A DNA stretch of 64,000 nt, taken from positions 256,432,001-256,496,000 of the forward strand of contig NW_027362767.1 of NCBI RefSeq assembly GCF_046119375.1. Reading direction: 5' to 3'. The notes beneath the pieces were generated by a model. It saw only the letters and a list, made by a program, of their open reading frames with translations, did no database searches and was not told the DNA's origin. Origin of the DNA: Phyllobates terribilis. Its lineage: Eukaryota. The position numbers and the translations under genes are program-made. Below are positions 60,801 through 64,000 of this stretch, one piece after another. Position 1 is the stretch's first letter; the number at the start of each line of letters is the position of its first letter.

Positions 60801-62022
60801 TCATTAACCCACTTGAACATGTAAGTTACATTTCTTATGGTTAATGTCAACCATATAGGTCAATATTCCGATAATTAAATGCATATATGGCACAATATAA
60901 ACATCATATATATGACTACTATGTCAAGAAGTGTGATACTCATGACGTGGTGATTTGTGGTCCTCCATTGCTATACTCTGTAGGATTGTTTTTAATTTTT
61001 GCAATACTTAATATTTATTTTAGTGGCAATAAGCACCTATTTCTTCTTCTTGGTGGTATGTATAATCAAGCGCTCACTTATTGATTACTAATAGGTCCAT
61101 AGGCGGGACAGTGACGCCAGCGCTGATTGGGCGCAGCAGGGCTCACATGTCATAACAATCACACGTGAGTCCCGGGAACGTAAGTGCCGACACCGCTGGA
61201 ACGGCGCCGGCATGGGAGGTGAGTATACGTGTTTCTATTTTCACAGGAGGGAAACCTTCAGATCGAGAAGGGGTTTTTCTAAAAGTGGACAACCCTTTTA
61301 AATATAGATAATCTCATTATATAGAAGCGGCAATATTGGGTGGTCTCGTGCCAGGCCTTCCCACTTACACGCCTATATCCTAGGAGACTTATGAAGCAGA
61401 CAGTATGGTTATTTCACTGCATGTTAGTAATTATTTTTTCTCCTGTACAGAGGCGTTTGTTGTATGTCAGGGATACAGCCCGCCAGAGGGATATGTACCC
61501 AACATGTCAAATCCCCTGCTGGACCACTGCTATAGTGAGTGCTGGATACACAGATGTCTGGTTTTATGGACCTTGATTTAGAAACGTGAGATTGAATAAT
61601 TAATATTTTTTACCTCTTTTTAGATGTGGACTTTAACCAGCTTGAGGGTCCAAACCGTGTGATAGTTCCATTCCTGGCCTGTGGAGACTTGAGTGCCTAC
61701 GACTCCGACAAGACGTACCCTCTACAGGTAAGGGGGCTGAACCCCAGGAGGCCTTGCTGTACATAGAGGCATCGGGACTAAATGCTTCTGGTGTTTTTCC
61801 CTACAGTTGGAAAATGGTAAAGAATACAGCTACATGCCCCCAAATCAGCCCCCTATTCGTCCGCCCTATCAGGAGGCCTGCTTTTTAAAGAAGAACAATC
61901 TCCTAGCCAAAGAAATGCCACCTTCACCTGTGAACATCCCTTCAACCACGACAAACAGTGAAGATGAAGCAACCAGTGTTTGTGAGGGGGCCGCTATCCA
62001 GAAACTATCCATTTCCTCTTGA
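51895..62022 (+). CDS. FTSJ1: tRNA (cytidine32/guanosine34-2'-O)-methyltransferase (327 aa)
   Basis: Exons 51895-52015, 53516-53585, 53676-53775, 53859-53937, 54020-54072, 54382-54435, 54528-54630, 61451-61534, 61624-61727, 61807-62022; total 984 nt. Motifs: [26 protein letters not shown] tetrad present. Confidence 0.97.
52024..52138. repeat. 24-bp CpG-rich tandem repeat (~4.8 copies)
   Basis: CGCCCTCATCGCGTCTCCCTGCCT, starting 8 nt after the donor. Confidence 0.95.
52563..52867. mobile_element. MITE (GTGTGCACATACCC family)
   Basis: GGCTGTGTGCATATG...GTGTGCACATACCC termini. Confidence 0.65.
52880..53462. mobile_element. Harbinger-like element, inverted and deleted copy of 21908-22802
   Basis: TAA TSD on both sides; shared sequence blocks. 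Confidence 0.85.
55328..56880 (-). mobile_element. Degenerate Tc1 DD34E transposon
   Basis: N-terminal HTH ORF 56418-56648; GGSVMIWGC; QQDNAPCH-34aa-E ([12 protein letters not shown]); frameshifted; termini incomplete. Confidence 0.85.
56881..57283 (+). mobile_element. 3' fragment of a second Tc1-like element with its right TIR
   Basis: ...[15 protein letters not shown]; ends AAACTTTTGTTTACAACTG|TA. Confidence 0.8.
57359..58822 (+). mobile_element. DD38E (Intruder-type) Tc1-family transposon, copy A: defective ORF, intact ~272-bp TIRs
   Basis: TA|CAGTACAGACCAAAAG...CTTTTGGTCTGTACTG|TA; premature stop, frameshift, net 166-bp deletion, catalytic E changed to K. Confidence 0.95.
58830..60437 (-). 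mobile_element. DD38E transposon, copy B: intact ORF, outer 10-12 bp of both TIRs missing
   Basis: Inverted relative to copy A; both ends run directly into (TA)n. Confidence 0.95.
58981..60033 (-). CDS. DD38E transposase (350 aa)
   Basis: HTH region, GRPR linker, [14 protein letters not shown]-38 residues-E (SPDLNPIE). Confidence 0.93.
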   Translation of the reverse strand: MARKKQLSKEKRVAIITLRNEGQSVRKIGKTLKVSPSAVANTIKCYKETGSHEDRPRKGRPRVTSASEDKFIRVTSLRNRRLTAAQIRDQVNATQSSSSRHISSTTVKRRLCAAGLHGKIAARKPLLRTGNKQKRLVWAKEHKEWTLDQWKSVLWSDESKFEIFGSNHRVFLRRRKGERMDSTCLVPTVKHGGGGVMVWGCFAGDTVGELFKIEGILNQHGYHGILQRHAIPSGLRLVGPSFIFQQDNDPKDSSRLCKGYLTKSKSDGVLRQMTWPPQSPDLNPIEMVWGELDRRVKAKGPTSAKHLWELLQDCWKTISGDYLLKLIKRMPRVCKAVIKAKGGYFEEPRM

Positions 62023-62318
62023 TAGATTGGTTATTTAGTGGCTGCGGCCTGCAGCGCATTCACTTCTGCAGCGGAAGGCGAATGGCTCTGATGACATCCA
62101 GTCCGCAGGTGCAGGGTAGGACATGTACATGGATGATGGGTATCTGCACACGACTTATAATGGACAGGACTGGTGCACACGTCCTGGCAGGCACCTGTCA
62201 ACAGTTAGCAGCGGCTCTCCTGATGCAGAATGGAGCATGGCGGAGCAACCCTTTAAGATTTAAAAATCTTATGTTTTAAGTTGATAATTCGTTCTACTTT
62301 TTTTTGTAATGAAAAACT

Positions 62319-62351
62319 TTTATTTATTACAATTTTATTGCAACAAATAAA
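62319..62351. terminator. Bidirectional poly(A) signal cluster (FTSJ1 + / SLC51A-like -)
   Basis: AATAAA on + at 62346; AATAAA on - at 62319, 62323 and 62334. Confidence 0.65.
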
Positions 62352-62519
62352 GAAGGTTTTATCCATCTGTATGGAGTGTGGGTATAAAGGGCGGAGAGGG
62401 GAGTGCATTATGTGACAGCCAGAGATCAGCTCCAGGATATTTCACAAACGTATTTAAAGCTTTGGCCACCAACCAACTTGGCACCCTCCGAGAGACATCT
62501 ATTTCCATGGGATTAGCTT

Positions 62520-64000
62520 TCAGACTACTGTTGCATCATTGATGCCAATATAGTTTATCTGTGCTTGTATTTGTAGTCCACCTTTAGCTGATGCTTGTGG
62601 TTTTGCTACTTCATAGGCGTCTGTAGGAGTCATGTTCATGCTTCCCATTTCTATGCCTCGGGACTGAGGTTTGGCCATGCTTTGTCTGGGCAGGACCACG
62701 TTGTTCTGCAGGAAGTCGTACTTGTCAAGTGGTGCATGCTCGATGTGGCAGAGGGTCTCATCTCCCTCACTCATGTAACCAGCGTTGGTGCCCCTCATAT
62801 CCTCCTCTGAGAGGCTGTACAGGTCCGGCAGGGTGGTCTGAGACGATTTATTATGCATCTCCTCCCGGCTGATGGAGTCATTGTCAGAGCACGGCTCCAC
62901 CCTCCGGAAACAGTAACGGGCAAAGAGACTGATGAAGAACATCTCCATTGTTACAGAATAATTGTAGATGGCTGCGGAGGTGAAAAAACAGGAAGATTTA
63001 TTACTCTCCATAATTCCGATTGGACTCCGGAACATAGAAACAGCAGATTTTTACATGAATAATATACAAGCTGCACTGGACCTTCTTCCACAGATGTACA
63101 CATCCACCTGCCCCGGTCCTTCTGCCCAATACCACTCTCTGCACTTCCAACTGAATTTTCAATAGTCCCTTTAATACGATTTTCCTCTTACAAGTAGCCA
63201 TTTTTCCAACTGGATCGTTATCTCACCACCACCTAATCTAATGAGATTTTACCTAATACCAGGAGGGTGTTGGATAAAGGGTGAAAGTGGAAAACCCTTT
63301 TAAAGGGCATCTGCCATCATACCTCACAATACAAGCTGTAGATCTGATGAGACTGTTGTACTTGCTTTGATACGCCATGCCAGAATGGCTGTATAATACT
63401 TTATGAAAGTTAAAACTCAATCTAACGCCCACTTAGTTTGATTGACAGCTCCTCAGTGTCCCTCCTCTTTGCTGTTGCTGAGATGGCACACTGCTCAGTA
63501 CAAGCTGCAGCTGTCAGGCTGAATAGACAAAAAACTGAATACACTATGGCTGCATTCTCCCTCTGGACTCATTTTAATATTGGAATCATACCGCAATTCG
63601 GATATGGATTTTCACAGTAAGTGCACCTGCCTCATCAGGTCTAAGATATCTAATAATTTATGTATTGTGAAATCTGATGACAGATCTTGCTCCGTATAAT
63701 CCGCAGAGGTCCCCAAGCTGTGATGTCGCCATATGGCCACATCATGGCGCTTTGTAGATATTAAATCTTTAATAGCCTTATGTCCGGCAATAACATCTAA
63801 TCTTCTTCTATATAGACAATGTGAAATCACTTACTCTGAGAGCGCGTCTCCACCGTGAAGGGGGGGACACAAGGAATGGCTCCCAGGGCGGACATGGTCT
63901 CTAGGATCCCGTTCTGCAGCCCACACAAGACCAGCACCAGGGTGATGCAGATGAACTTGGATCTGGGACTGTAGCCCTCCAGTGCTTTCTTTGTGGCTTT
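62520..64000 (-). CDS. SLC51A: Organic solute transporter alpha-like (SLC51A family, possibly a paralogue); last two exons only
   Basis: Exons >64000-63835 (KFICITLVLVLCGLQNGILETMSALGAIPCVPPFTVETRSQ) and 62971-62520 (TIYNYSVTMEMFFISLFARYCFRR...), joined in phase 1. Resembles human OST-alpha KFALFQVLLILTALQ...IACSPPYSSKTRSQ. Confidence 0.78.

Larger units (their letters stand above)
54935..61297. mobile_element. TTAA-flanked MITE whose two ~190-bp arms are split by ~6 kb of nested insertions
   Basis: TTAA|AAGGGTTGTCC (54935) and GGACAACCCTT|TTAA (61297); arms 54935-55128 and 61101-61297 are inverted repeats. Confidence 0.75.

Overview
Vertebrate genomic DNA, most likely an anuran (frog). This is inferred from spliced vertebrate genes plus dense TTAA-flanked and TWA-flanked palindromic MITEs, Tc1-family elements, a CR1 LINE and Gypsy LTRs. 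Host genes I reconstructed by eye from GT-AG boundaries with consistent codon phase: MON1B (+, 5 coding exons, 717 aa); an unrecognised candidate multi-exon gene (-, 24145-30059); a SYCE1/SYCE1L-family gene (-, 11 coding exons, 279 aa); intronless SFT2D3 (-) head-to-head with FTSJ1 (+, 10 coding exons, 327 aa); and the last two exons of an OST-alpha/SLC51A-like gene (-). Mobile DNA: a Gypsy element with open gag and pol, a -1 slippery site and a tRNA-Ser PBS (3' end outside the window); three solo LTRs with TSDs; a 5'-truncated CR1; degenerate DD34E Tc1 copies; a tail-to-tail pair of DD38E transposons in FTSJ1 intron 7, one with an intact 350-aa ORF; many MITEs; and five large minisatellites. 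Most interesting: (1) the DD38E inverted pair, which should fold into a ~1.4-kb hairpin in FTSJ1 pre-mRNA; (2) the unrecognised gene, which is in frame with the SYCE1-like gene; (3) a PBS-like motif inside three divergent LTRs; (4) palindromic MITE arms that supply branch point, acceptor and donor as a self-masked pseudo-exon. No prokaryotic systems, CRISPR arrays or tRNA/rRNA genes are supported. No searches were run, so all homology calls come from motif recognition.
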